From NCBI GenBank assembly GCA_963815195.1, contig CAWFGE010000012.1, positions 832,001-896,000 on the forward strand: a DNA stretch of 64,000 nucleotides, read 5' to 3'. Origin of the DNA: an uncultured Planctomycetaceae bacterium. Lineage in GTDB: Bacteria > Planctomycetota > Planctomycetia > Planctomycetales > Planctomycetaceae. The notes beneath the pieces are model-generated. The model ran no database searches. It saw nothing but the letters and a program-made list of their open reading frames with translations, and had not been told where the DNA came from. Shown here piece by piece: positions 39,091 to 50,284 of this stretch. The first letter of the stretch is position 1. Each line of letters opens with the position of its first letter. A program made the translations under genes and the position numbers.

Positions 39091-39984
39091 ATGCCGACGC
39101 TTAATATCTCCACCGAAATCGCCATCCGCCTGGGATGTTTTCTGGGCGTCCTCGCCCTCATGGCAATTTGGCAATTCTTCACCCCTCGGCGGAAATTGAC
39201 GGCCGGCAAGCCTTGGCGATGGACGAGCAATCTCCTCTTGGTCGCGATCAACACCGGCGTCGTGCGGGTGGCGATTCCCATCACCGCCGTCGCCGCCGCG
39301 CTCGCGGCCGAGTCTCGCGGCTGGGGACTCTTCCATCTGGTGGACTGGCCGGTGTGGTTGGAAATCCTGCTCGCTGTGCTGGTGTTTGACCTGGCGATTT
39401 ATTTGCAGCACGTCATGTTCCACGCGGTGCCCTTGTTCTGGCGGTTTCACATGGTGCACCATGCCGACTTGGATATTGATGTCACCACAGGTCTCAGGTT
39501 TCACACGCTGGAGATTCTGCTCTCGGCCCTGATCAAACTCGGCGTCGTTCTTGTGGTCGGCCCAGCCGCGGTTGCGGTGGTCGCTTTCGAGGTGCTGCTG
39601 AATGCGACAAGCATGTTCAATCACAGCAACGTCCTCCTGCCGCTGTGGTGCGATCGCGTCTTGCGGTTGCTCCTCGTCACCCCCGACATGCACCGCGTGC
39701 ATCATTCCGTGATCGTCCGCGAGACGAATAGCAACTTCGGCTTCAACCTGCCGTGGTGGGATTACCTCTTGGGCACGTACCGCGCTCAACCGGAGGCCGG
39801 TCACGAAGAGATGGCCATCGGCCTCACGCAGTTTCGCGACGAACACCAGGTCGAACGCCTGCCGGGAATGCTACTTTTGCCGTTTACCGGACGCCCCGGC
39901 GGTTATCCCCTCAACCGCCAAGACCGCACGCCGCCTGCGGATGATCCGGCTCCAAAAAATCCGCCGGGGGTGGCACGACCCTGA
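39091..39984 (+). CDS. Sterol desaturase / fatty acid hydroxylase family protein
   Basis: His boxes HVMFH, HMVHH, FNHSN, HRVHH; NFGFNLPWWDYLLGT. Confidence 0.92.
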   Translation: MPTLNISTEIAIRLGCFLGVLALMAIWQFFTPRRKLTAGKPWRWTSNLLLVAINTGVVRVAIPITAVAAALAAESRGWGLFHLVDWPVWLEILLAVLVFDLAIYLQHVMFHAVPLFWRFHMVHHADLDIDVTTGLRFHTLEILLSALIKLGVVLVVGPAAVAVVAFEVLLNATSMFNHSNVLLPLWCDRVLRLLLVTPDMHRVHHSVIVRETNSNFGFNLPWWDYLLGTYRAQPEAGHEEMAIGLTQFRDEHQVERLPGMLLLPFTGRPGGYPLNRQDRTPPADDPAPKNPPGVARP

Positions 39985-40048
39985 GCAACGCGAAGGGCGT
40001 GGTCTTTGCGATCACCACGCCCTTCGCGCTGCTCAGGGCGTGCCACCC
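39968..40048. repeat. Long inverted repeat (REP doublet) overlapping the desaturase stop codon
   Basis: GGGTGGCACGACCCTGAGCAACGCGAAGGGCGTGGT pairs with ACCACGCCCTTCGCGCTGCTCAGGGCGTGCCACCC. Confidence 0.8.
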
Positions 40049-40159
40049 GTGCCACCCCATCTGCTTCCTACACTCTACATCTGCTTGAAATGGCGGAATC
40101 GATGTGCTACCGTCGCGGACGGTCCTGAAAACTCCTCCCTGCTCTCAAGGTGAACTCCT

Positions 40160-41330
<1,171 letters not shown>

Positions 41331-41332
41331 AA

Positions 41333-41378
41333 GGCGAGCAGACCAACCTGCGGTCGGTGCCCGCGTCAGCCCCCTGGT
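41333..41378 (+). repeat. REP-like element, long form with nested 22-nt module
   Basis: GGCGAGCAGACCAACCTGCGGTCGGTGCCCGCGTCAGCCCCCTGGT; 41/46 and 40/46 identical to two copies inside uvrA. Confidence 0.85.
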
Positions 41379-41396
41379 TTCGTAGAACTCTTACCC

Positions 41397-41426
41397 TCGT
41401 TCCCAAGCCGGAGCTTGGGAACGAGG
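41397..41426. repeat. REP-like palindrome
   Basis: CTCGTTCCCAAGC-CGGA-GCTTGGGAACGAG; a degenerate relative lies at about 23065-23110. Confidence 0.7.
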
Positions 41427-41445
41427 CATCGCAGAGTCCAGGAAG

Positions 41446-42287
41446 TTATGGGCTCTGATGGAAATGCTCCAAGGCTTGCTGCAGGGATTCAAAATAATCG
41501 ATTACTTGGTCCATTCGAGAAATCTTTAAAAGCTCGGAGACCGCCGGCGAGACCCCCGCAAGGACAATTTGCGCGTTTTGGCGAATTGCCCGCCTGGAGC
41601 AACCGAAGATTGCACAAAGGAGGAACTCGATACGAATTCGACGTTTTCCAAATTGATGATGATCCTTCGGCAACCTTGGTCCAGTAATCGATCCGCTTGG
41701 GGTCGCAGCATACTCCAATTCTCTTCAATCGCCGTTTGGCGGCTGAGCGTCAGCACGGCGACGTTCTTGTCGAAGTGGAGTTGCAATCCACCGCCAAGCG
41801 TGGAACTCAATTCGGGCCACCATTTTTGGAATACCTTTTCCAAATGTGACTTCTCCAACGGGGTTGTGATGACTTCATTGAGCCGTTCCACCAACCGCCA
41901 CGTGCCTTCCTTGTCGGCATTGACTCCCTGAAACTGCGATATGGGAAGCGCAACTTGGTTCGGCTCCACGCCGACCAAGTACGGAATCAAAGCTCCCTGC
42001 TTCACGGACATTGCCAGGGCACCGGCTTCATAAAGCAACCAGCGAGCGTCCAAGTTTTCTTCGGTGAAGCACAACACGCCAAAGTCGGCTTTCTGCAATT
42101 GTTGATAGAGTTCGCTGGCCCAAGGGCTTCCCGCATGAATGTCGTGTTCGGAAACCCACACTTCAATCGTTTGAAAAACGAAGGGCAGCCAATTCTTAAG
42201 CGCCGTTGCCACGGTCTTGCTGCGATCCCCTGACCAACTGAGAAAAACGAACGTTTTGGTTCCGGATGGAGACCGAGATTTACTCAT
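41446..42287 (-). CDS. TIR domain protein fused to a C-terminal STAS domain, frameshift near 41620
   Basis: VFLSWSGDRS, DIHAGSPWASEL, WLLYEAGAL (TIR). IIINLENVEFVSSS follows in frame, then IVLAGVSPAVSELLKISRMDQVIDYFESLQQAL in the shifted frame (STAS). Confidence 0.8.
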
Positions 42288-42386
42288 GGGATCAGTTCCG
42301 AAGGTTTTCCTAAGATGCGTCGGGAAGCTCGCAGCGCATGACCATAGGTCGCGTCGAATCGCATCCGACATGTTACGTTGATTGAC

Positions 42387-43937
42387 CTACTCCCGCGCGT
42401 TCTTTTGCGCATCCATTGTTCGGGGAAGTCGGCTGGGTTCGAGCCGGTTTTTAATCTGAGGTTCGCGCCCATGCTGCGTTTGTGGCTGAAGGGGACGCGG
42501 TTGGCGTTCGCTTCTTCCAGGATCTTGTGGAGGTCCGCGCGCATTTGGCGGATGCGTTGTTGCTCTTTGGGATCGAAGATCAGGTTGTGCTCTTCGTTGG
42601 GATCGGTTTCGAGGTCGTAGAGTTCATCGAGATCCCAGATGCCGTGGTATTGGATGAACTTGTACCTCGGCGTTCTAAGGGCGAACGTGGTCGGCGTCTG
42701 CGGGAAGTTGTATTCCCAGTAATACTCGTACAAGATGTTCTGCCGCCAGTCGGACGGTTTGATCTTGCCGGCGGCTAATTGCAAAAAGCTTCGGCCGTCC
42801 ATTGGCTGGGGAGTCTTAAGACCCGCGGCTTCGAGAATCGTGGGGGCGATGTCGATGTTGGCCACGACTTCTTCCACTTTGGTGCCCGGCTTCCAGAGTT
42901 TGGGACACACGCCCAACAAGGGCACTCGCATCGAGGCTTCGTAAGCGGTCCGCTTGTCGATCAACCCGTGCTCGCCCCATTGAAAGCCGTTGTCGCCCAT
43001 GTACATGACGAGCGTATTCTCCGCGAGGCCGTTGTCCTTGAGCCATTTCCGCACGCGAGCGATGGATTCATCGACGCTCAAAAGCGCTTCGCAGTAGAGC
43101 CGATAGTGCTCGGCGATGTCGGTGTCTTGATGGTAAGCGAAATCGACGCCATGCCAACTGTTCCGCTGGTTCTTGAGCCACATCGGTTTGTCTTTGTAGT
43201 TCTCGAGCGTGTCGGCCATCGTTTTGGGTTGGGGCAGCGGCTTGTCCTTATACCGGCCCGCGTGGCGCTCGGCGGGATGAAACATGCCGTGCACGCCTTT
43301 ATGCGAAAGATACATAAAGAACGGCTTGCCGCTGTTTTTCACCGAACCGTCAAGCCAATGAATTGCATAGTCGGTGAGTTCATCGGTAATGTAACCTTTT
43401 TGCGGGACGGTTTTGCCATCGACGTTGAGCGTCCATTGTCGGCCGTCTTCGTTGGGGTAATAATGGCCTTGGCCGCGGAAGGAGACCCAGCGATCGAAGC
43501 CGGGCCGCGGGCGCGTCGCTGCTGCCGCCCATGTGCCACTTGCCGAAGAACGCCGTCTGATAGCCCGTCTTTTGGAGATACTGCGGGAAGAAAATCGTGC
43601 CCGGCGGCGTGGGGACGTTGTTATCGACGACGCCGTGATTGTGCATGTACTGCCCGGTCAAAACCGAAGCCCGGCTGGGCGAGCACAAGGACGTGGTGAC
43701 GATCGCGTTCTCGAAGTACACCCCGTCTTTGGCCATCTGATCCATGGCGGGCGTTTCCACCCAGGGATGACCGAGAAAGCTCATCACATCGTAGCGGTGG
43801 TCGTCGCAGAGGATAAAAACCGCATTCATCGGCTTCCTGTCGGAAATTCTTGCAAGCTCCAAATCCGGTTCCGCCGCGCGAGCGTTCCAGGGCCACACGG
43901 CGAGTCCGGCGAACAATGTCAGCATCAGGTGTTTCAT
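42387..43937 (-). CDS. Sulfatase (formylglycine-dependent), frameshift near 43510 and probably near 42405
   Basis: Signal peptide, DDHRYD, LCSPSRAS, GKWHMG, GDNGFQWGEHGLIDKR, ELYDLETDPNE. As assembled, the downstream ORF runs on to 42284. Confidence 0.88.
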
Positions 43938-44208
43938 GGATTTCCTCGTTGTCAGTTCAAGCGGATTGGGTGTTACCGGTGCCACGCGTGTTCTCTGCGG
44001 TCGCCACCGAAAGTCGCCCTTCGCTCCGCGAAGGTGGCGGATTGGTTATTCGATGAGGTATGGAATCCGAACCTCGACTGAGAACCATCTCCCATTTCGC
44101 GCGGCCTTCGCGGAGCGCGACTGTCCGGGCTTCTGGGACAGACTCTGAGTATAACGGGTTCGCCGGAGGAATCAGCCGTCGGCGAAATCGCCTGCCGGGG
44201 ATCCCAAT

Positions 44209-44246
44209 AAAAAACGCCCCGGTGATCTCGTGGACCAGCGGGGCGG
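44209..44246 (-). terminator. Rho-independent terminator for the small cytochrome gene
   Basis: CGCCCCG...CGGGGCG stem followed by TTTTTT on the minus strand. Confidence 0.65.
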
Positions 44247-44261
44247 TGGGTTTTGATGGAG

Positions 44262-44636
44262 TTACTTGTGCACCTTATGGCAAGCCATGCAATTGGCGGC
44301 TTTCATGAGGAGCGCGCTGGCGTTGTCTTTGCCATCCACGGCGGCTTGGGCGCCGGTGACCAGAGCGGTCGTCTTGGTCTTCCAGCTTTTCTCGTCCCCT
44401 TTCTTGGGCTTATTGGCGGCCAGGGCTTTGAAATTCTTCAAAAGCTCGGCCTTTTCTTCGTCGCTGGCTTTTCCTTCCGCCACTTTCTTGCACAATCCGC
44501 CCTTCATGCACTTCTGCATGACCTGCTTGATTGTAATCTTTTCGGCTTTTTCGCCTTCCTCGGCTTTGGTACTCGCGGCAAAAACTCCGCCCGCCGCAAT
44601 TCCCACGGCACACAAGGCAATTAGCAGTCTCGTCAC
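44262..44636 (-). CDS. Small secreted c-type cytochrome-like protein (cytochrome c'-like C-terminal heme site)
   Basis: Signal peptide, helical Lys-rich body, terminal NCMACHKVHK. Confidence 0.75.
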   Translation of the reverse strand: MTRLLIALCAVGIAAGGVFAASTKAEEGEKAEKITIKQVMQKCMKGGLCKKVAEGKASDEEKAELLKNFKALAANKPKKGDEKSWKTKTTALVTGAQAAVDGKDNASALLMKAANCMACHKVHK

Positions 44637-44904
44637 GTTGGACTCTCCTCAAAAAGAAACGGGAACACAGACACAGTCCGACAAACAACCCAAAATCCTA
44701 CCCGGAAAATAGGCAAGATGCCAGCGACTTATCAAAATCTTCCGATGAAAGTTTTCTGAACGGTTTGACGGTTTTTCGTGAAAATCCCCTGTTGCCGAAC
44801 CGTACACGTTTGCGGATCGGGGGCAACAAACGTATAAAGGTTTTTCATTTCTCTCCCACAATCTTCCGTCATTTTCAAACAACGATTCGATCGAGGACCG
44901 CGCG

Positions 44905-45816
44905 ATGGCGACGAAGTCGAAAACCCCCGCGGAGACGGAATCGGCCCTGGCTTGGATCCCCGCCGACAAGGATTACCAGATCGCTTTGGAGGATGGGAAA
45001 CTCGTTTGCCAGAATCCCAAGGGCAAACGGTTGGCGTCGGTTCCGAAGTGGCTCAAAGACGGCGAAGCGGCCGGGCAGTTGATCGCTCTCAAGGATTGGC
45101 TGGCTCAGCACGAATCCGAATGCCGGGACACGCTGGAGTTGTGGATGCTTCGCTCGCTGCCGATTCCTCATAAGGTGTTGGTTTCGATCTGGCCGGACCC
45201 GGCGTGGGCGGGGCTTCTCACGAATCTCGTGGTGTGTGCGGTGAAGGGCAGCGACCTCGACCAGGAAGAAGCCGGTTTCCTTCGCGATGTGGATGCCAAG
45301 AAAGGCGTGGGCATCGTGGATTTGGACGGCGAGACCCAGTGGATCAAAAGCGAATCGGTCGCGCTGCCTCATCCGATTCTCCTGGAAGAGCTTGGCGACT
45401 TTCGGGAACTCTCGGTGGAACTCGGATTCGAGCAGGCCCTCGATCAGCTCTTCCGGCAGACCTTTCAACCCGATGAGGAAACGCTCGAGAAATCTTCGAT
45501 TCACGAATTCTCCGGCGGGAAGTTTGAAATGCTCAGCCACGTGATGGGACTTTGCCGGCGGCTGGGCTACCGCGTGCGGGGCGGGAGCGCCACGTGCCCC
45601 GTGTGGGAAAGCGGCCGCTTGATCGAAGCCCGCTACTGGGTCGGAGCCGATTCGCCGGAATACGAATCCTACACAGGCGACCTGATCTTCACCGACGATC
45701 GCGAACGCGGCGTGCCGCTCCGCGATGTGGGACCGGTCGCGTTCTCCGAAGGCATGCGGATGGCCTCGGCGATCTATGCGAAGCGCGTCGTCAAGGAAGA
45801 CGACGACGAGGATTGA
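44905..45816 (+). CDS. Stand-alone DUF4132-like domain protein
   Basis: GKRLASVPK, LPHPILL, QALDQLFRQTF, LRDVGPVAFSEGMR. Confidence 0.7.
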   Translation: MATKSKTPAETESALAWIPADKDYQIALEDGKLVCQNPKGKRLASVPKWLKDGEAAGQLIALKDWLAQHESECRDTLELWMLRSLPIPHKVLVSIWPDPAWAGLLTNLVVCAVKGSDLDQEEAGFLRDVDAKKGVGIVDLDGETQWIKSESVALPHPILLEELGDFRELSVELGFEQALDQLFRQTFQPDEETLEKSSIHEFSGGKFEMLSHVMGLCRRLGYRVRGGSATCPVWESGRLIEARYWVGADSPEYESYTGDLIFTDDRERGVPLRDVGPVAFSEGMRMASAIYAKRVVKEDDDED

Positions 45817-45992
45817 GATCGGCCGTTGCGATCGATCTAAGTAAAGCATCGCGCGGGACCCGCTTCATCGCTCCAAGCTGCGCAGCTTTCGGTTTTTGGC
45901 CGAGCCTTGAGTTTTGTTCGAGGCGGGCCGATGTCGAAGAAGGCGGGAATTCTTCCGTCTTTTTGCGTTCCCCTCTTCACCTGGCGGATGGT

Positions 45993-47540
45993 ATGAGTCA
46001 GACGGTTTTGCCGGCGATGCCGACGGAGACTTGGATCAAAGGCATCTGCCGGCGGTTTTCCCAAGCCACGGGCTGGCCGCTCCGCTACGAGTCCTCCAAG
46101 GCAAGTGTTCCGCGATTTGGATCGGCTCCGGGGGCCGCCCCGCTTTGGCAAACGGAACTTTCCAGCGACAACGGTCTTGCCGGGCGGTTGATTCTCGATC
46201 GGCCCGACGATTCGCTGATCGAGCGCGAGTTTCCCCAAATCCGCGAGTTGTCGATCTTGGTCGCCGAGCTGGTCTCGCAGGCGGAGTTGGCCCAATCGCA
46301 GCTCGAGTGCCGATCTCAGGAGTTGGCGACGTTGGTGGACATCGGCCGGGCGATCCCCAGCGATGACGATTTGACCTCCGCGCTCAGACGGCTGGTCATG
46401 GCGGGCGTGCAATTGACGGAATTTCGCTCGGCGGCGTTTTTTCTATTGGAACCGTCCGGGGAATGCGTGCGGCTGCGGGCCGAGTCCCATCAAGAGTTTC
46501 GCACGGTCCCGTTCCCCAACCGCGATTTGGACATGGACCCCCCGGACTTCCAAGCCCTCAAAACCGGCCGGGTGCAGATCGCGGCGGACGCTTCGCCTTT
46601 GGATGCATTGTGGCTCCCGCGGGGCACGGCGACGGGGGTGGCGCTCGGCGTGCTTCTGGAAGATGAGCCCTTGGGCACGCTTTGGGCCTATGACCGCCGA
46701 CATCGCGAGCCTGACGTGCGGGAATGGCACGTGTTGGAATCCATCGGTGCCCAGATCGCCGCCGTGTTCGAGCGGACGGTCCTTCAATACGAATCCACCA
46801 CCGAGCACCGCCTGCGGCACGACGTGCGCGTCGCTTCGGAAAACCAGGCCCAAGGCCTGTTTCAAAACCTGCCGGCCGACGTCGGGTTTGAATCCGCCGG
46901 CTTCTGCACGAGCCGATTCGAATTGGGCGGCGACTTGTGCGAGGCGATTCCTTTGGACAAACACCGCACGGTGATCCTTCTAGGCGACGCCTGCGGGGAC
47001 AGCGTGCCGGCGGCCTTGGTGATGTCGGCGGTTCGCGGGGCGGTGCATTCGCTGGTCGGTCCCGGCGAGCCGCAAGTGCTCCAAACCGGCCTGATGATGG
47101 AGAAACTCAACCGCGCGCTCCACGCCGTGACGCCCCCGCATCAATTCATGAGCCTGATTTATCTCGTCCTCGATATGCAGAAACGGACGTTGACTTACAC
47201 CAACGCCGGACATCCCGCCCCCATCCAGCTTCAGGACGGCGAAGTCCGCGAACTGGAATCCCACGGAGTGCTGGCGGGAGTCATCAGTAGCGCGACGTAT
47301 GGAAGCTCCACCTGCCCCATTCGTTCGGGCGATCTGTTGATTCTATTCAGCGACGGCATCACCGAAGCCATGAGCGACCGCTGCACGATGTTCCGCTCGC
47401 GCGGCATCATCGACACCGTGAAAGATATCGGCCATCAGTCCGCCCGAGAAGTGCTGGGCGCCATCAGCGACCGCCTCGCCGCCCACACCGGCGGAGCCGC
47501 CGGCGACGACCGCACCCTGGCCGTGATTCGGTTTCGCTAA
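45993..47540 (+). CDS. GAF + SpoIIE/RsbU-type PP2C phosphatase
   Basis: ELGGDLCE, LGDACGDSVPAALVM, NAGHP, FSDGITEA, DDRT; GAF-like middle region. Start placed at ATG 45993. Confidence 0.9.
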   Translation: MSQTVLPAMPTETWIKGICRRFSQATGWPLRYESSKASVPRFGSAPGAAPLWQTELSSDNGLAGRLILDRPDDSLIEREFPQIRELSILVAELVSQAELAQSQLECRSQELATLVDIGRAIPSDDDLTSALRRLVMAGVQLTEFRSAAFFLLEPSGECVRLRAESHQEFRTVPFPNRDLDMDPPDFQALKTGRVQIAADASPLDALWLPRGTATGVALGVLLEDEPLGTLWAYDRRHREPDVREWHVLESIGAQIAAVFERTVLQYESTTEHRLRHDVRVASENQAQGLFQNLPADVGFESAGFCTSRFELGGDLCEAIPLDKHRTVILLGDACGDSVPAALVMSAVRGAVHSLVGPGEPQVLQTGLMMEKLNRALHAVTPPHQFMSLIYLVLDMQKRTLTYTNAGHPAPIQLQDGEVRELESHGVLAGVISSATYGSSTCPIRSGDLLILFSDGITEAMSDRCTMFRSRGIIDTVKDIGHQSAREVLGAISDRLAAHTGGAAGDDRTLAVIRFR

Positions 47541-48880
47541 GGTTTGAGTCCCTTCGCCCAGGTCTCATGGGCCGCTTTCAGCCGGCCGACCACGTCGGGA
47601 TGCTCCGCGGCGATGTTGTGCATCTCGCTCACGTCGTCTTTCAGGTTCGATAAGAACAACTCATCGGCCTTGGTGATCGGGGCTTTGTGGCTCGTGTCGC
47701 GGGGGTTGCCGATGAGTTTCCAATCGCCCTCGCGGACGGCCCATTGATTGCCCAACTGCCAGAAGAACTGCGGATGCGGAGTTTCCGCTTGATCGGATTG
47801 GATGACCGAAACCAGGCTCCGGCCGTCGAGTTCCCGCTTCGGGAGGTCGGTGCCGCAAAGCTCGGCGATCGTGGGAAACCAATCGCAGCCGGTGCCCAAC
47901 TGCCCGCGGACTTCGTTTTCCGGAACGTGCCCGGGCCAGGAGATCATGGCGGGCACCCGGATGCCGCCCTCGAACAGGCTGAACTTCGCCCCGCGATAAG
48001 GCCCGGCATTCCCGCCGCCGCCGAAGGTGCGTTCCTCCGTGGAATGCCCGTGGTCGGATTGGAAGATCACGATCGTGTTTTCGCGGAGGCCGAACCGGTC
48101 CAGCGTCTTCAGCACCTCGCCGACTTTTTCATCGAGGGTGGAGACGAACGCGGCGTATTGCCGCCGGGGCTCCGGCAGCGATTCGTACCGCTTCCGCCAG
48201 GCGAGGGTGCCTTGGAGCGGATAATGCGGCACGTTAATCGCCCAATAAAGGAAGAACGGTTTTTCGCGGTTCGCTTCGAGGAAGCGGTTGCATTCTTGGA
48301 CCATCAGGTCTGGGAAGAACTCGCCGTCTTTCCAAACTTCCGTGCCGTTTTGCCAAAGGTCATGCCGATTGGGGCCGTTCCAATAGAAAAAGTGCGAATA
48401 GTTGTCGATGCACCCGCCCATGTGCCCGAAGGACTGATCGAAACCCTGGCCGTCCGGCATCGTCTCTTCGGTATAGCCCAGATGCCATTTGCCGACGTGC
48501 CCCGTGGCGTAGCCGGCGGATTTCATCATCTCGGCGATGGTGACCTGCTCCGCGGGCATGCCGGCGTGACCGTGGGCGGACGAGACGTTTCCCGGCACGC
48601 CCGCCCGTTGCGGCACGCGGCCGGTCATCAGGCCGGCCCGTGACGGCGAGCACACGGGAGCCGCGGCGTAAAACTGCGTGAACCGCACCCCGCGCTTGGC
48701 GAGAGCATCCAAATTCGGCGTGACGAGGTCCTTCGCCCCGTAGCAATTCACATCGATCGAGCCCTGGTCGTCGGAAAAGATCAACAGCACATTCGGCCGC
48801 GCCGCCTCCGCGCTCAGGGCGGGAGTGAATGCCACGGTGCAGAGGATCAATCCCAGCCCAAGGGGTTTTGTCAGGTTCAT
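47537..48880 (-). CDS. Arylsulfatase
   Basis: RPNVLLIFSDDQG, VCSPSRAGLMTGR, GKWHLG, SDHG, EGGIRVP. Confidence 0.93.
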   Translation of the reverse strand: MNLTKPLGLGLILCTVAFTPALSAEAARPNVLLIFSDDQGSIDVNCYGAKDLVTPNLDALAKRGVRFTQFYAAAPVCSPSRAGLMTGRVPQRAGVPGNVSSAHGHAGMPAEQVTIAEMMKSAGYATGHVGKWHLGYTEETMPDGQGFDQSFGHMGGCIDNYSHFFYWNGPNRHDLWQNGTEVWKDGEFFPDLMVQECNRFLEANREKPFFLYWAINVPHYPLQGTLAWRKRYESLPEPRRQYAAFVSTLDEKVGEVLKTLDRFGLRENTIVIFQSDHGHSTEERTFGGGGNAGPYRGAKFSLFEGGIRVPAMISWPGHVPENEVRGQLGTGCDWFPTIAELCGTDLPKRELDGRSLVSVIQSDQAETPHPQFFWQLGNQWAVREGDWKLIGNPRDTSHKAPITKADELFLSNLKDDVSEMHNIAAEHPDVVGRLKAAHETWAKGLKP

Positions 48881-49194
48881 GCGTCTTCCCATGTTGCTGA
48901 ATCCAGTCGAAGATCAAACCAGCCGGACTTTAGTATGCCCCGAAGGCGAGGCGGTTGCAATTCGCCAAACAAGTCCGCGGATAGCGGCGTGTTGCGGTTT
49001 GGCAACAACCGTGTTCGTTCGGGAACACAGCAGCCACGCTTTGAAATCCGGGAAAGCCCTGCGGAGAAGCGGAGACGGCCGGGCGAACGGAGGTTGTTGA
49101 AGAAATCTGAAACGCGGTATTTCATTTGCGAGTCCAGCCCGCCACGAAGTTCTTTCAGCATGTTTGGCCCTTGGCTGCGCACTGGAGAGGCATT

Positions 49195-50057
49195 TTGAAC
49201 GTCAGGCAATTGGCGGAGTTGGCGGGTCTCGTGTCCGTTCACGCCCTGCAAATCGTGGAATCCCCCGTCGAGATTCCCCGCGAAGACTTGGACAATCTAT
49301 GGGCCGTTGCCCAGCGGCGGTCGGAGGCATGGGCCTGCCGCATCAATGCGCTTTCGAAATGGATCCTGCTATTGGCCTCCCCTTTGCGGCGAAGCGGCCG
49401 ATGCCCGGCGTCCACTCATCGAGGAGATTCTCGTCTCCGAGATTCTCACGCGAATCGTGGCGGGCGTGTTGACGGCGAAAGGCCATCAGCAGGAAGAGAG
49501 CGACGCCGCGCGAACCGCGCTCGAGTTGTTCAACGAACATCAAGAAGCCCGGCAGTTGGCGGCTCCTTTACCTGTTGGACATGGCCGATGCCGAGATTCC
49601 CGCGGTCCGCGAATTGGATCGCCTCAGACGATTGGCGGAGCGTTGGACGGATATTCTGCTCGGTCCGTTGGCGTGCGGGTTTGCCCTGAGGAATCTGGTG
49701 TTCGATCCGGCCCGGTCGCGGGAATACGGCCAGTCGATGCTCCCCTACTTGTGCACGCCCGCCGGCAGCAGCCTGTTTGCGGCGGGGCTGACGGCGGCCT
49801 TTCCGGAAACGGTCCTCGGCGTACCGTTGCATGCGGGGCTCCATCAAGACATGGCGGCGGCGGTGCTTCGGCTGTTTCCGCGCGAGGTTTTCGAGTCCGA
49901 CGGCAGCCTGCGGCCCGTCCGCACGGTCCGCATCGGCCGTGATTCGAGACCACGCGACGCCCGGCCCGAGCAACCGGGCCCGTCCAGACCCTCGGTGCAA
50001 GTTCCTCCCATCCATCTCTCCTTCAGCGACCTGAGACGCCGGCTGCAAAATCCTTAA
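49195..50057 (+). CDS. Conserved hypothetical protein split by at least two frameshifts
   Basis: Coherent helical segments spread over three frames: RQLAELAGLVSVH / PLIEEILVSEILTRI / LDRLRRLAERWTDILLG. Confidence 0.6.
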
Positions 50058-50284
50058 TTTCGAATCCCACCGCAAAACCGGAGGCCTTTCACTCGCCGGA
50101 ATCCTCCGAACCGGCACGAGCGGACTTGCGAGAATTTCCAGAGCGAAATCCAGAATCATTTGTCAATTTGGGCGGTTTCAGTAAACTCTAGGGACAAGGC
50201 TTGCTACAGACCGCCCGGACTGCATACCATCTGATTGAGGAAAGACGCCGAAATCCGCTCACGTTTCAACAGAGGAACTCCACC

